Source of the DNA: Myxococcota bacterium
GTDB lineage: Bacteria; Myxococcota_A; UBA9160; SZUA-336
Direction: 5' to 3'
NCBI GenBank assembly: GCA_965247115.1
Contig: CBDFGR010000003.1
Coordinates: 896,001 to 960,000 of the forward strand
DNA: 64,000 nt
The notes beneath the pieces are model-generated. The model saw only the letters and a program-made list of their open reading frames with translations, searched no databases and was not told the origin of the DNA. Positions within the stretch are counted from its first letter, which is position 1, and every line of letters begins with the position of its first letter. Positions 33,022 to 43,032 of this stretch are shown in pieces. Both the position numbers and the translations under genes were made by a program.

Positions 33022-34137
33022 CTAGCTGGCCTGGCGCGCTTCGAGTCGATCGATGAGCTGGTCCTTCCACAGGCCCACAGGCCCGAGGGAGAGCGCCAGG
33101 AGCTTGGCTCGACGCAGGTACAGGTGACAGTCGTACTCCCAGGTGAAGCCCACCCCCCCGTGGAGCTGCAGGTTCTCCTCAGCACAGAAGCCAAAGGCCT
33201 CCGTTGCGCTGATCCGGGCATTGCACGCGGCGATCGACAGCTCCTCACTGTCCGAAGACAGCGCCCAAGCTCCGTAGTAGCAGTTCGAACGCGCGAGCTC
33301 GACAGTCGTAAACATATCCGCCAGGCGGTGCTTGAGCGCCTGGAAGGAGCCGATCGGGCGTCCGAACGCGTAGCGCTCCATGGCGTAGTCGCGTGCCATC
33401 TCGAGGCAGGCTTCAGCACCCCCGAGCTGCTCGAAGGCGATCAGCACCGCCGCCCGGTCGAGGAGCTGCGAGACCAGCGCTTCGCCCTCCCCGGATCCGC
33501 CCAGGAGCTCGGCCGGCGTGCCGTTGAACTCGACGGTCGCCTGCGAGCGCGAGGGATCGATCGACCGCAGCGTACGCCGGGTGACCCCCTCCCCCGTCAG
33601 GTCCGCAAGTGCCAGGCAGATGTCCCCGTTCTCGGAACGCGCCACCACGACGGCCAGATCTGCGATGTTGCCCTCTGGCACCGGAAGTTTGGTCCCGGTC
33701 AAGCGCCCGTCCCGAAAGCTCGTCTTGACTGAGGCCAGACCCTGCCGGCCGGCCTGCTCGGTGAGCGCAAAGGTTCCGATACGCTGGCCCGAGATCAGGC
33801 CCGGGAGGTGACGCTCTTGCTGCTCGGGCTTGCCGGCCCGCAGGATCGCCTCGCTGGCGAGGTACACGGACGAAGACACCGGTATGGCCGCCAGACCCCG
33901 GCCAAGCTCTTCAGCTACCACCGCGAGCTCGAGATGCCCGAAGCCCGCGCCGCCGAACTTTTCGGGCATTGCGGTACCCAGCCAACCCAGCTCGGCGGCC
34001 GACTTCCAGAGCGTTCGATCCGTTGGCTCGTCGCTTTCGAAGATCTCGCGCACCCGCTCGAGCGGAGCATGCTCCGCAAGAAAGTCCCGGGCTGTCTTCT
34101 TCAGCAGTTTTTGATCTTCTGAGAAGTCCAGGTTCAT
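33022..34137 (-). CDS. Acyl-CoA dehydrogenase family protein (probable partner subunit)
   Basis: FGRPIGSFQALKH and LHGGVGFTWE motifs; tandem pair typical of heteromeric ACADs. Confidence 0.92.
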   Translation of the reverse strand: MNLDFSEDQKLLKKTARDFLAEHAPLERVREIFESDEPTDRTLWKSAAELGWLGTAMPEKFGGAGFGHLELAVVAEELGRGLAAIPVSSSVYLASEAILRAGKPEQQERHLPGLISGQRIGTFALTEQAGRQGLASVKTSFRDGRLTGTKLPVPEGNIADLAVVVARSENGDICLALADLTGEGVTRRTLRSIDPSRSQATVEFNGTPAELLGGSGEGEALVSQLLDRAAVLIAFEQLGGAEACLEMARDYAMERYAFGRPIGSFQALKHRLADMFTTVELARSNCYYGAWALSSDSEELSIAACNARISATEAFGFCAEENLQLHGGVGFTWEYDCHLYLRRAKLLALSLGPVGLWKDQLIDRLEARQAS

Positions 34138-34233
34138 GGTCGAACACTCCATCAAGCCGGCCCGAAGCAGCCGGGCGGCGGCATTCTATCACCCGACCCA
34201 GGTCGCTTTCGACTCGACCCTTGAAGCGACGCG

Positions 34234-34414
34234 GATTTCGACGGCGTTGCCGACAGACCTTGCGGACGTCTCGCAGTATCCGAACCTCATTCGAGTCTTG
34301 CTTGCGCGCGGCTACACAGACGAGGAGATCGGAACGATCGCTTCGGGCAACGTGCTGCGCGTGTGGCAGACGGTGGAGGACTTCGCCGGAGCTGTCCGAG
34401 AGGGCGCATCGTGA
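34234..34414 (+). pseudogene. C-terminal remnant of an M19 membrane dipeptidase
   Basis: DFDGV in one frame (GAT at 34234), then LPTDLADVSQYPNLIRVLLARGYTDEEI..IASGNVLRVW in another frame; no N-terminal part. Confidence 0.72.
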
Positions 34415-34923
34415 GCGAGCAGGACTACGGCAGAATCCTGGACTTCGAGGAGCTCGATGCAATCCACAGCGAGCTCGGCACCATCGTCTGCACGTCGGGA
34501 GGCTTCGACCCGCTGCATCCCGGTCATGCGAGCTGCCTCATCGAGTCCAGGAAGTTCGGCGACACCCTCGTCGTCGTGGTGAACGGCGATTCCTTTCTCG
34601 TCGAGAAGAAGGGACGCCCGTTCCAGGATCTCGCCACACGCTGCCGCATCGTGGCCTGCATTCGAGGCGTCGACTACGTCGTCCCGTTCGAGATCGAGAA
34701 CGATCCCACCGTGCGCGAAGCACTGAGGCGGATCCGTCCTCACGTCTTCACGAAGGGTGGAGATCGCATCGACGTGGCCAGCATCCCCGAGTGGGAGCTG
34801 TGCCAGGCGCTCGGTATCCGCATCGAGTCCGGCGTCGGGCTCGCCAAGGAATGGTCCAGCTCGAACTTTCTCGAGGAGTGGGGCGAGTTCTGGGCGAACA
34901 CGCACCCTCGACGCGACAGCTGA
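34411..34923 (+). CDS. Cytidylyltransferase-family protein (RfaE/TagD-like)
   Basis: SGGFDPLHPGH (HxGH), VVVNGD, KKGRP and FTKGGD motifs. Confidence 0.88.
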   Translation: MSEQDYGRILDFEELDAIHSELGTIVCTSGGFDPLHPGHASCLIESRKFGDTLVVVVNGDSFLVEKKGRPFQDLATRCRIVACIRGVDYVVPFEIENDPTVREALRRIRPHVFTKGGDRIDVASIPEWELCQALGIRIESGVGLAKEWSSSNFLEEWGEFWANTHPRRDS

Positions 34924-34989
34924 CTCGCGCTGAAGTCGATCCCACACCTCCCGTCCTCTATTCTGTGACTCCGGAGAAGGAGGATTCCA

Positions 34990-35781
34990 ATGCCTCACGA
35001 GCTGATCAACGGCGCCAAGCTGTACTACGAAGAGGACGGCTCCGGCCCACCGATTCTTTTTCACCACGGCTACGCCGGGTCCCACGATTCCTGGGAACGG
35101 GTGATCCCGCGGCTCCGAGACCGCTATCGCTGCATCGCCATGGACTGTCGCGGCGCCGGCGACAGCGAGCATGTGGACGACGGCTACACGATCCCGCAAT
35201 TCGCCAGCGACGTGCTCGCGCTCGCGGATCGGATCGGGCTGGACCGTTTTATCTACGTCGGCCTCAGCATGGGCGGCGCGATCGGTATGCAACTGGGTCT
35301 GGACGCGCAAGACCGGCTAGAGCGATTGGTCCTGGTCGCTCCGGCCCCCGCCGATGGTATTCAGAACGAGGCGCTCGGTGAGCTGATCGAACTGGTCGAC
35401 GGCGGCGATCTGGAGAAGATTGCGCAGGCGATCGGTGCGAGCTTTGCGCGCGAGGCCGATGCAGACTTCTTGCAGCGTCGTGCCCGCCGCTTTGCCGGCA
35501 CCGCGCGGGCACACCTGACCGGGGCCAGCGATGCCTTGGTCAAGTTCCGTGTGGGAGAGCGGCTGGGCAGCATCGAAACCCCGACCCTGATGGCCGCTGG
35601 CGCTGCCGACGGCCTTCTCGCGGACAATCTGCGCGACTTTCAGCGTCTGGGAAACGCCACCCTTCACGTCTTCAGCCGCGCCGGCCACCAGGTCCCGCTC
35701 GACGTCCCTGAGGCCCTGGCCAACGCGATCGACGACTTCATCCGGTACGGAGTCGTCACGGCCGAGACCTTGCGCGCCTAG
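34990..35781 (+). CDS. Alpha/beta hydrolase
   Basis: HG oxyanion motif, GLSMGG nucleophile elbow and AGH catalytic His. Confidence 0.9.
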   Translation: MPHELINGAKLYYEEDGSGPPILFHHGYAGSHDSWERVIPRLRDRYRCIAMDCRGAGDSEHVDDGYTIPQFASDVLALADRIGLDRFIYVGLSMGGAIGMQLGLDAQDRLERLVLVAPAPADGIQNEALGELIELVDGGDLEKIAQAIGASFAREADADFLQRRARRFAGTARAHLTGASDALVKFRVGERLGSIETPTLMAAGAADGLLADNLRDFQRLGNATLHVFSRAGHQVPLDVPEALANAIDDFIRYGVVTAETLRA

Positions 35782-35813
35782 ACCGAGCGCGTACTGCGGA
35801 GCGTCTTCTTCGA

Positions 35814-36581
35814 CTACGGAGCGTCTTTCTCCGTCCGCGGAGCGTTTTCCGTCCAGCTCCTGCACGGCTCGGCCGTCGGCTCTTCCATCGGGGCACCGCG
35901 CTCGACCCAGGCCTGACAGATCGAGCGCTCGAGATCCAGGCGGCGAAGCACGTTCTGAGCGACGTCTCGATACCGGGCCCTGGCAGCCTCCTCCGCCATC
36001 GCCAGGCACTCGTCGCCCGTCTCGCCGTTCGCGAGGCAAGCCTCGAAGCTCCGAGTGCACTCGACCCCTAGCTGGCGGTCGAGGAAGTCGAGTGCCTCGC
36101 AGCTGGCAGCGCGCCTCCGCTCGCATGGCTCCCAGCTCGAGCACAGCGGGGCGAGGTCTCCTGTCTGGGAGACGTCGGAGATCTCCTCGCCAGCCGTGCA
36201 GACGATGTAGCCCTCGACGAGCAGCCGGCCCGAGATGGCATCCGGCTCCTGCCCCTCCGCCGCCATCGCGATCTCCTCCTGGCTGGCTCGCCGAATCTGG
36301 CTCTCCGTCTCCGCGAGGAGCGCGTCAGCCCGGTCGAAGGTCCAGAGCCGCATATAGCTGTCAGGGCCGCCGCACACCTCGGCCGCGCGCCGGTGCCAGT
36401 ACTGCCTGACCACCGGATAGCCCGTGCCCGGGGTAGCCTCGAACGCCACGTAGTGGATCCCCGGCTGGGCTTCGAAGTCCGTGTATCCCCCGCTCGGTCC
36501 CCGCGGTCGATATGACGTCTCGCAGGCCAGGAGGAAGAGCACGGCCAGTGTTGTCAGCAATCGCAAGGGGGGATTCTGCAT
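35814..36581 (-). CDS. Hypothetical lipoprotein with Cys-rich C-terminus
   Basis: Lipobox LLAC followed by ETSYRP..SGGYTD. Confidence 0.65.
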   Translation of the reverse strand: MQNPPLRLLTTLAVLFLLACETSYRPRGPSGGYTDFEAQPGIHYVAFEATPGTGYPVVRQYWHRRAAEVCGGPDSYMRLWTFDRADALLAETESQIRRASQEEIAMAAEGQEPDAISGRLLVEGYIVCTAGEEISDVSQTGDLAPLCSSWEPCERRRAASCEALDFLDRQLGVECTRSFEACLANGETGDECLAMAEEAARARYRDVAQNVLRRLDLERSICQAWVERGAPMEEPTAEPCRSWTENAPRTEKDAP

Positions 36582-36845
36582 CCTGGGTACTCGTCGCCGA
36601 TCTCGTAGGTCCACCTCAGCCCCCGTCTCCACCGCACGCCGAGGACCGCGCGGTCCGCTGGCGGCAGAGCGCTCCCTGCAGGAGTTCTGGATTGAACTCT
36701 ACCAGCTCGGCTACGCAGGGATCACGCAGTGGCGGGGACCGTGCGGAACACGGCGGTGCGAGCGCCTTCCTCGACGAACTGGAGCACGGTCGCCCGATGC
36801 CCGTATCCCCGCCGTTGACGATTGCCGTCCTGCCGTCCAGGCGCC

Positions 36846-37754
36846 TCAGCTGCCCAGGTACGAGACGCCGGTCAGCTCCGAACTCAGGTCCCACAGGCGG
36901 CGTGCGACGGCCTCGTCGCGGACGTGATCGGCGATCTTCGCAGGGCCTGCACCCCTGGCGGTCTCCCCGCGCTTCGTGGGGCCGTAGTAGTCGGTCGGCT
37001 GGACGTCGTGGGACGTCGCGGCGAGCAAAGTGGGTAGCGCGCCTTCCGCGGGCGTGTTGAAGAACGGACGAATGAACGGTGCGATGATCCAGAACCAAGC
37101 GGGGAAGGTACGCGACAGCTCCGTGTCGGCGATGCCCGGGTGGCAGGCCAGACTCGTGACGTCCACTCCGTGCGCCTCCAGGCGGCGGGCGAGCTCGAAG
37201 GTGAAGTACATGTTGGCCGCCTTGCTCATCCGGTAGCGACGCATGGGGCTGTAGGACTGCTTCGCGTGGGGGTCGTCGAAGTCGATCCTGCCGTCCCGGT
37301 GCGCCCCGCTGCTGACGTTGACGATGCGGGATCCCCGCGTCGCAGCCAGCAGATCCAGCAAGTGGCCCGTCAGAGCGAAGTGCCCCAGGTGATTGACGCC
37401 GATCTGCAGCTCGAAGCCATCCTCCGTCAGCGTCTTTGGCGGAATCATCACGCCGGCGTTGTTGACGAGCACGTCCAGGCGCGGCTCGTTCTTCACGGCC
37501 TGAGCCGCTGTCCCTACGGACTTGAGGCTGATCAGGTCGAGCGGAATCCAGCCCACATCCGCATTCGGGTGAAGTCCGCGGATCTTCTCGATCGCCTTCT
37601 TCGCCTTCTCCCCTGAGCGACAGCCCAGAAGCACGCGGGCTCCCTTGCCGGCCAGGACGCGCGCAGCTTCGTATCCGATTCCGGTGTTGGCGCCGGTGAT
37701 GAAGATCGTCTTCCCGTGCTGCTCGGGTACGGAGGACTCGTCGTAGTTACTCAT
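36846..37754 (-). CDS. SDR oxidoreductase (retinol dehydrogenase-like)
   Basis: TGANTGIG, NNAG, VNHLGHF and YRMSK (YxxxK) motifs. Confidence 0.93.
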   Translation of the reverse strand: MSNYDESSVPEQHGKTIFITGANTGIGYEAARVLAGKGARVLLGCRSGEKAKKAIEKIRGLHPNADVGWIPLDLISLKSVGTAAQAVKNEPRLDVLVNNAGVMIPPKTLTEDGFELQIGVNHLGHFALTGHLLDLLAATRGSRIVNVSSGAHRDGRIDFDDPHAKQSYSPMRRYRMSKAANMYFTFELARRLEAHGVDVTSLACHPGIADTELSRTFPAWFWIIAPFIRPFFNTPAEGALPTLLAATSHDVQPTDYYGPTKRGETARGAGPAKIADHVRDEAVARRLWDLSSELTGVSYLGS

Positions 37755-37811
37755 TTCGGCCTCCTCAGACCACGCTTCGGTCCCACGGAGGCCCAGACCG
37801 GCGAAAGGGCG

Positions 37812-38306
37812 TCACGCGACCGCCCCCGATCGTCTTCCGGGGCGCGTATCAGGTGCGAGGCGGAAAATGGACTCGAAGTCCTCGACGGTGTACTCGAACG
37901 AGCTCCCGCCGGCGTACTTCGCCTGGAAGGCGGTGAAGACTCTTTGCTTGAGCTCCCGATCGTTCACCGTGGTGGCGTTGAGCTCGTAGGCGTTGTCGCC
38001 GACTCGGACCCGAACCTCCTTTGGGCGCGCTTCGACTCGTTGTACCCAGCCGAGATCCGGCGTTCCCACCACGTAGATCGCGCCGTCGAAGGCGACGCCC
38101 CAGAGATTCACCACGCGAGGCAGCAGCGCTCCCTGGCACTCGAGCTGGATCACCGGGTGGTCCTGCATGAACGCGAAGCTCTCGGGCGCCGCGGTCGCGA
38201 CCCCTCCGAGCCGGAAGCCCGGCGTTTGCTCCCAGGGCCCACAGCCGATGAGGACGAGCACCGCCATCAGGATTCGTCGAGTCAGCCTGACCACCTTAGA
38301 GTCCAT
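37812..38306 (-). CDS. Hypothetical lipoprotein
   Basis: Lipobox-like LIGC followed by PGFRLGG; GGAGG RBS before ATG 38306. Confidence 0.65.
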   Translation of the reverse strand: MDSKVVRLTRRILMAVLVLIGCGPWEQTPGFRLGGVATAAPESFAFMQDHPVIQLECQGALLPRVVNLWGVAFDGAIYVVGTPDLGWVQRVEARPKEVRVRVGDNAYELNATTVNDRELKQRVFTAFQAKYAGGSSFEYTVEDFESIFRLAPDTRPGRRSGAVA

Positions 38307-38576
38307 CGCCTGCCTCCAGCGGAGTTTATGAGCGTTCGTTGCTCTCTGACAAGCAATCCGGGCGGAGGCATCACTCGTTGTGTCCATGGCTCTCTGTGCC
38401 GGGGCTGCCCCCGAGTTCGAGCGGCTAAGGGCATTCGGCGCACCCCGCTCCCGGGGCTTCGGGCGTGACTCTATACGAGCCGCGGCCGAACCCATCAAAG
38501 GCTGTCACCTTCTATCGGCGCCGAACGCGCGTTCGAAGTCCACATCGAAGAGCTGAAACGCCTGATTGGCTCTTAG

Positions 38577-39155
38577 CTAGCTCGAGGTGGACTGGGTCTG
38601 CTCGTCCGGCGAGGCAGTAGTGACGTAGAGCAGGCAGCCGTTCCGTGTCGAGATGGTGTGTTCGGTCCCGCCGTCGTGACGGACGTAGTCGCCGGGACCG
38701 AGCTCGAGGTCTCCATCGCGCAGATCGCCGCTGACGACGAAGCACTCCTCCGGGCCGGGGTGACGGTGCATCGGGAGCTCGGCGCCCGCCTCCAGGCGAA
38801 GCAGGATCGTGTGTCGGCCGCTCGCTTCGTTGGACCAGAGCGCAGTGACCTCCACCCCTGCGACGCCGGTCGCATACCAGCTCCGCTGAGCGGCCGGCAA
38901 CAGCTCGAAGCGCAGCTGCTGCACGCGCTCCAGCACGCGCTCCTTGAGACCTGGGGGAGGATCGGTCTCCGGACCGACGAGAACGAGATCCGCTGCCGCT
39001 GGCTTCAGCCGGGTCACCTCCTCGCGGCATGCCTGGCAGCTCTCGAGGTGCTCCTCGAAGCGCTCCGTCTCCGGTGTCCGCATGCCGTCCAACACGTAGA
39101 GCGCAATGCGGTCGCGCGTGTCCTCGTCGAGCTGGCGGTGTACGTTCGTTTCCAT
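38577..39155 (-). CDS. Anti-sigma factor with zinc-finger and ChrR-like cupin domains
   Basis: HLESCQAC (HxxxCxxC) and cupin motif HRHPGPEE..VVSG. Confidence 0.88.
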   Translation of the reverse strand: METNVHRQLDEDTRDRIALYVLDGMRTPETERFEEHLESCQACREEVTRLKPAAADLVLVGPETDPPPGLKERVLERVQQLRFELLPAAQRSWYATGVAGVEVTALWSNEASGRHTILLRLEAGAELPMHRHPGPEECFVVSGDLRDGDLELGPGDYVRHDGGTEHTISTRNGCLLYVTTASPDEQTQSTSS

Positions 39156-39158
39156 AGC

Positions 39159-39725
39159 TCAGTCGACCTCCGCCAGTGCGCGACGCAGCGACGACAGCCC
39201 CAGACGGATCCGCGACTTCACGGTTCCTAGAGGCTCTCCGAGCTCCGCGGCCACCTCGGAGTGGCTGAGTCCGGCGAAGTAGGCTGTCCGAATGGCAACC
39301 GCCTGCTCGCGGGGCAGCAAGGCCAGCGCAGCTCGAACCTGCGCACAGCGTTCCCCCTGCAAAGCCAGCGCCTCCGGGTTCGGCTCCGGCTCTGGCTCGG
39401 CCAGGCTACCCATCGACTCCAGCGCGCGGTGCTTCTCGCTTCTCCGCGCCCGCGAGCGCAGCAGATCGATTGCCTTCGAGCGGGCGATGGTCAGGATCCA
39501 CGCCATGGGACTAGCTCGTTTCGGCTCGTACGTCGCCGCCCGCGACCACACGCTCGCGTACGTATCGAGGGTTGCCTCTTCTGCGGTATCGGGGTCGCGC
39601 AGTATGCGGAGCGCCAGGCCGAACACGCGAGCGCTCGTCTCGTCGTAGAGCTCCGCCAGGGCAGATTCGTCCCCCCGCGCGGCCCTGTCGACCAGCGTGA
39701 CGTATGGGGTCTGCGAGGAACGCAT
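39159..39725 (-). CDS. ECF RNA polymerase sigma factor
   Basis: ALAELYD, AWILTIARSKAID and YFAGLSHSEVA..LGEPLGTVKSRIRLG; paired with the anti-sigma gene. Confidence 0.93.
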   Translation of the reverse strand: MRSSQTPYVTLVDRAARGDESALAELYDETSARVFGLALRILRDPDTAEEATLDTYASVWSRAATYEPKRASPMAWILTIARSKAIDLLRSRARRSEKHRALESMGSLAEPEPEPNPEALALQGERCAQVRAALALLPREQAVAIRTAYFAGLSHSEVAAELGEPLGTVKSRIRLGLSSLRRALAEVD

Positions 39726-39767
39726 TGGGGGCCGACGGGTCTCCTGACAGGAACCTATCAGAGACAA

Positions 39768-39793
39768 TACGGAAGGCGCCGCCGATTGGATCA
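39768..39793 (-). promoter_or_regulatory. Candidate ECF promoter TGATCC-N16-CGTA upstream of the sigma gene
   Basis: Plus strand has TACG at 39768-39771 and GGATCA at 39788-39793; same motif recurs at 40441-40467. Confidence 0.65.
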
Positions 39794-39896
39794 CAGGGGG
39801 GCCCGCGGGAGAAGCCATGGGGGTCCAAACGCATCCCTCGCGGGCCCCTGGAGCGCGTCCTTCGGCCCCAGCGTCCCTCCCGTCGGACTCGCTCCT

Positions 39897-40388
39897 CTAA
39901 TGGATCTGCCCCCGAATCTCTCCTGGGAAGTTCTGCAAGGTGTGAACGTTCACGTAGGTGTCCCCACTCCGGAGCGCGGCCAGCACGTCGTCCAGGTCCA
40001 GCCAGCCGCAGAAATTCTCTCCAAACTCAGGACGGTCCGGCGCCATGATGGGTCCATGAGCGATGGTCCCGTTCAAGGTAATAGCCGCATCGGGTTCCAT
40101 CATGAAGAGAGTGACTCCAGGTGGCCCGTCCATTCCCATCGGGGCGCAGTGGATGTGCGCGGCAAAGGCATTCGGCAGGTTGGATACGTCCAGGCTGTAG
40201 CGGAGCTTTCCGCGGAAGCTCCTGTGGATTACGAGCAGCCCCTCAGCCATGGTAGGAGAGACGAACTCATCGACATTCTCGGCGTCCGAGAGATCCGCGC
40301 GGAAGAACAGGCGACTGCGAGCCTCGGCGGAACTCGCGAAGGCGACACAACACGCCAGGGCGAGGAGAAATCGGAATGTGGTCTGCAA
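39897..40388 (-). CDS. Exported CHRD domain protein
   Basis: AAHIHCAP and YVNVHTLQNFPGEIRGQI motifs; TTG start 40388 with AGGAG RBS and signal peptide. Confidence 0.9.
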   Translation of the reverse strand: MQTTFRFLLALACCVAFASSAEARSRLFFRADLSDAENVDEFVSPTMAEGLLVIHRSFRGKLRYSLDVSNLPNAFAAHIHCAPMGMDGPPGVTLFMMEPDAAITLNGTIAHGPIMAPDRPEFGENFCGWLDLDDVLAALRSGDTYVNVHTLQNFPGEIRGQIH

Positions 40389-40440
40389 GAGGAATCTCCT
40401 TCTGTCTTTGGGCCCGCGCCAGGTGCGGGTTACCTTCATC

Positions 40441-40467
40441 TACGCGGCGAGATGGAAGAGCGGATCA
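40441..40467 (-). promoter_or_regulatory. Candidate ECF promoter TGATCC-N17-CGTA upstream of the CHRD gene
   Basis: Plus strand has TACG at 40441-40444 and GGATCA at 40462-40467. Confidence 0.65.
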
Positions 40468-40619
40468 CTGGGTAGCGTTGGAACCAATCCAGAGTCGCTC
40501 CAGCCACTTGCCAGGTCGAGAAAGTGGATGGCTGCCATCCAGATGAAGGGCCTGGGTCGGTTCGGACCGGCATGAGAACCTCGCCTACCAAGAAGGCCGC
40601 TGGAAAAGCGGTGTGCCCG

Positions 40620-41126
40620 TTAGGCCAAATAACCACCGCGGAAATAGACCAAGGGTGCGCCTTCGGGATCGGCGGTGAAGTCGACCACCCGGCCCAAGAC
40701 GATCGAGACGCCGTGGCGCTCGATGACCTCTTCGAGCGCGCAGTCCATGACACCGATGGCGCCGTTGTAGGTTGGCGCGCCGGTGGCCAGCGTGCTCCAG
40801 CGGCCAGCCTCGAACCGGTCGGCGCCTTTAAGCGGGCTTTTGCCGGAGAACAGGTCGACGATGTCTGCGGCGCCCTGCGGCAGGTAGTTGATGGCGAAAT
40901 GTCCGGCTTCGAGCACGCTGGCGAGCGCCGAGGTCTTGTTGTCGATCGAGACCAGCATGGTCGGCGGATCGGCGGTGACATGGGTCGCCGACAGCGCCAG
41001 CAGGCCGGCCGGCCCGCCGCTACCGTGCGCAGTGACAATGGTTGCGCCGGTGGCGCGCTGACCGACCGCCTGCCAGAATGTTTTGACGTCTATGGTTTTG
41101 GCGTCCGAGTCGCGTTCGTTCGCCAT
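40620..41126 (-). CDS. Flavin reductase family protein
   Basis: ATGATIVT, VTADPPTMLVSI, HFAINYL, TGAP and PLVYFRGGY motifs. Confidence 0.9.
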   Translation of the reverse strand: MANERDSDAKTIDVKTFWQAVGQRATGATIVTAHGSGGPAGLLALSATHVTADPPTMLVSIDNKTSALASVLEAGHFAINYLPQGAADIVDLFSGKSPLKGADRFEAGRWSTLATGAPTYNGAIGVMDCALEEVIERHGVSIVLGRVVDFTADPEGAPLVYFRGGYLA

Positions 41127-41271
41127 ACCGATATCCTTCACCTTGTAAAGGACGCAAACTAGGCTAGGCGATCGGGCGGAGGCAAGGTTGCCCGCAATAC
41201 GGCGCTTGAGAAGCCGCCGCACGCGACCTATGTGATCGCAACGCGCAGCGACAAAGAAGAACTTGAGCCTC

Positions 41272-42597
41272 ATGAGCGAAAAACGGCAGTTGCACCTCGG
41301 TGCCTTCATGCGCCCGGCGACCATCCATACCGGCGGCTGGCGCTATCCCGGCGCCGCCGCCGACGCCAATTTCAATTTCCCGCAGATGAAAAAATTCATC
41401 CAAAAATTGGAGGCCGCGCGGTTCGATGCGTTTTTCATGGCCGACCACCTGGCGGTGCTCAACATGCCGATGGAGGCGCTCAAGCGCAGCGCCACGCCGA
41501 CCTCGTTCGAGCCGTTCACGCTGCTGCCGGCGTTGGCCGAGGCCACCGAACATATCGGTCTGGTCGCCACCGGCTCGACCACCTACGACGAGCCCTATCA
41601 CCTGGCCCGCCGGTTCGCCTCGCTCGACCATATCAGCGGCGGCCGCGCCGGCTGGAACATTGTCACCACCTCGAACCCGGATGCGTCGTTGAATTTCGGC
41701 CTCGAAGAGGCGCTCGAACACAGCGACCGTTATGCCCGCGCCCGCGAGTTTTATGACGTGGTCACCGGCCTGTGGGACAGTTGGGCCGACGACGCGTTTC
41801 TGCAAGACCAGGAGAGCGGCATCTATTTCGATCCGGAAAAACTGCATGTGCTCGACCACAAGGGAAAGTATTTCTCGGTGCGCGGGCCGCTCAATATCGC
41901 CCGGCCGATCCAGGGCTGGCCGCTCATCGTGCAGGCTGGCTCGTCAGACGCCGGCCGCCAGCTCGCAGCGGAAACGGCCGAGGCGGTCTTCACCTCGCAC
42001 TCGGACCTGGCGGCCGGGCAACAATTTTACACCGATGTGAAGGCGAGCGCCGCGAGGGTCGGACGCGATGGCGATCATATAAAAATCCTGCCGGCATGCT
42101 TCGTGGTGATCGGCGATACGGTCGAAGAAGCGCGCGCGAAACGGGCGAAAATCGACAGCCTGGTCCATTTCGACAGCGCGATCGCGTCGCTGTCGATTGC
42201 CCTCGGCCACGACGCCTCGAAGTTCGATCCCGACGGGCCGCTGCCCGACATTCCCGAAAGCAACGCCAGCAAGAGCTGGCGCGAGCGCGCCATCAAGATG
42301 GCCGCGCGGGAGGACCTGACGGTGCGCCAGCTCGCGCAGCGGCTCGGCGGCTATTCCGGCGCGGCCATGGTGGGGACGCCCGAGACCATCGCCGACGAAA
42401 TGGCAGAATGGCTCGAGACTCGCGGCAGCGACGGCTTTACCGTGATGTTCTCCCACTTGCCCGGCGGGCTCGACGAATTCTGCGACCGGGTGGTGCCGGA
42501 ATTACAGCGGCGCGGACTGTTCCGGCGCGAATATGCGGGCGCCACCTTGCGCGAGAATCTCGGCCTGCCGCGGCCGGCCAACCGATACTTCGAATAG
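41272..42597 (+). CDS. LLM-class flavin monooxygenase, NtaA/SnaA/DszA family
   Basis: FDAFFMAD, ARRFASLDHISGGRAGWNIVT, LWDSW, QAGSSDAG and GATLRENLGL motifs. Confidence 0.94.
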   Translation: MSEKRQLHLGAFMRPATIHTGGWRYPGAAADANFNFPQMKKFIQKLEAARFDAFFMADHLAVLNMPMEALKRSATPTSFEPFTLLPALAEATEHIGLVATGSTTYDEPYHLARRFASLDHISGGRAGWNIVTTSNPDASLNFGLEEALEHSDRYARAREFYDVVTGLWDSWADDAFLQDQESGIYFDPEKLHVLDHKGKYFSVRGPLNIARPIQGWPLIVQAGSSDAGRQLAAETAEAVFTSHSDLAAGQQFYTDVKASAARVGRDGDHIKILPACFVVIGDTVEEARAKRAKIDSLVHFDSAIASLSIALGHDASKFDPDGPLPDIPESNASKSWRERAIKMAAREDLTVRQLAQRLGGYSGAAMVGTPETIADEMAEWLETRGSDGFTVMFSHLPGGLDEFCDRVVPELQRRGLFRREYAGATLRENLGLPRPANRYFE

Positions 42598-43032
42598 GCG
42601 CGCCGCAGCCCACTCTACGCCCCTCGCTCCGGGCTATGGGCGTCTCCGCGAAGCTACCGAGCATCCTCGTGCGCGAGCGACGCCAGTCGGAGTCGTCGAG
42701 GCGGGAAAGCCACCTGCGGTGCGGTCCGCCTGGCTCTGCTTCTCAACAGCCTCGGCTGGCCTCTCTTGAGGCCGCCAGATTCGCCGTGCTCTTGGATCGC
42801 TTCGACGAGACGCCTGATGCGATCGGCAGACCGACGTGTACCCAGCAGATCCGGGACGAGCGGGGGGCGGCGCTGACCTTGACTAAGCAGGCGTCCCGGG
42901 CTTCGGCTCCGGGCGTCTCTCCTGTGTCGACTGTCCAGTGAGAAGCTTCCACCGTGGCTACATTTCGCCGATCCAGAGAGTCCTCGAAGATCGTGGTGGT
43001 TCGGTAAACCACCATAGCTGCAAGCGAAATGC

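Noticed and set aside
38474..38497. Third ECF promoter (TGATGG-N14-CGTA) upstream of the 37812-38306 gene
   Set aside because: Mismatched -35 and a spacer too short compared with the other two copies.
42743..43015. 90-aa minus-strand ORF beside the distal att
   Set aside because: No recognisable motif or supporting context; could be a remnant but cannot be supported.
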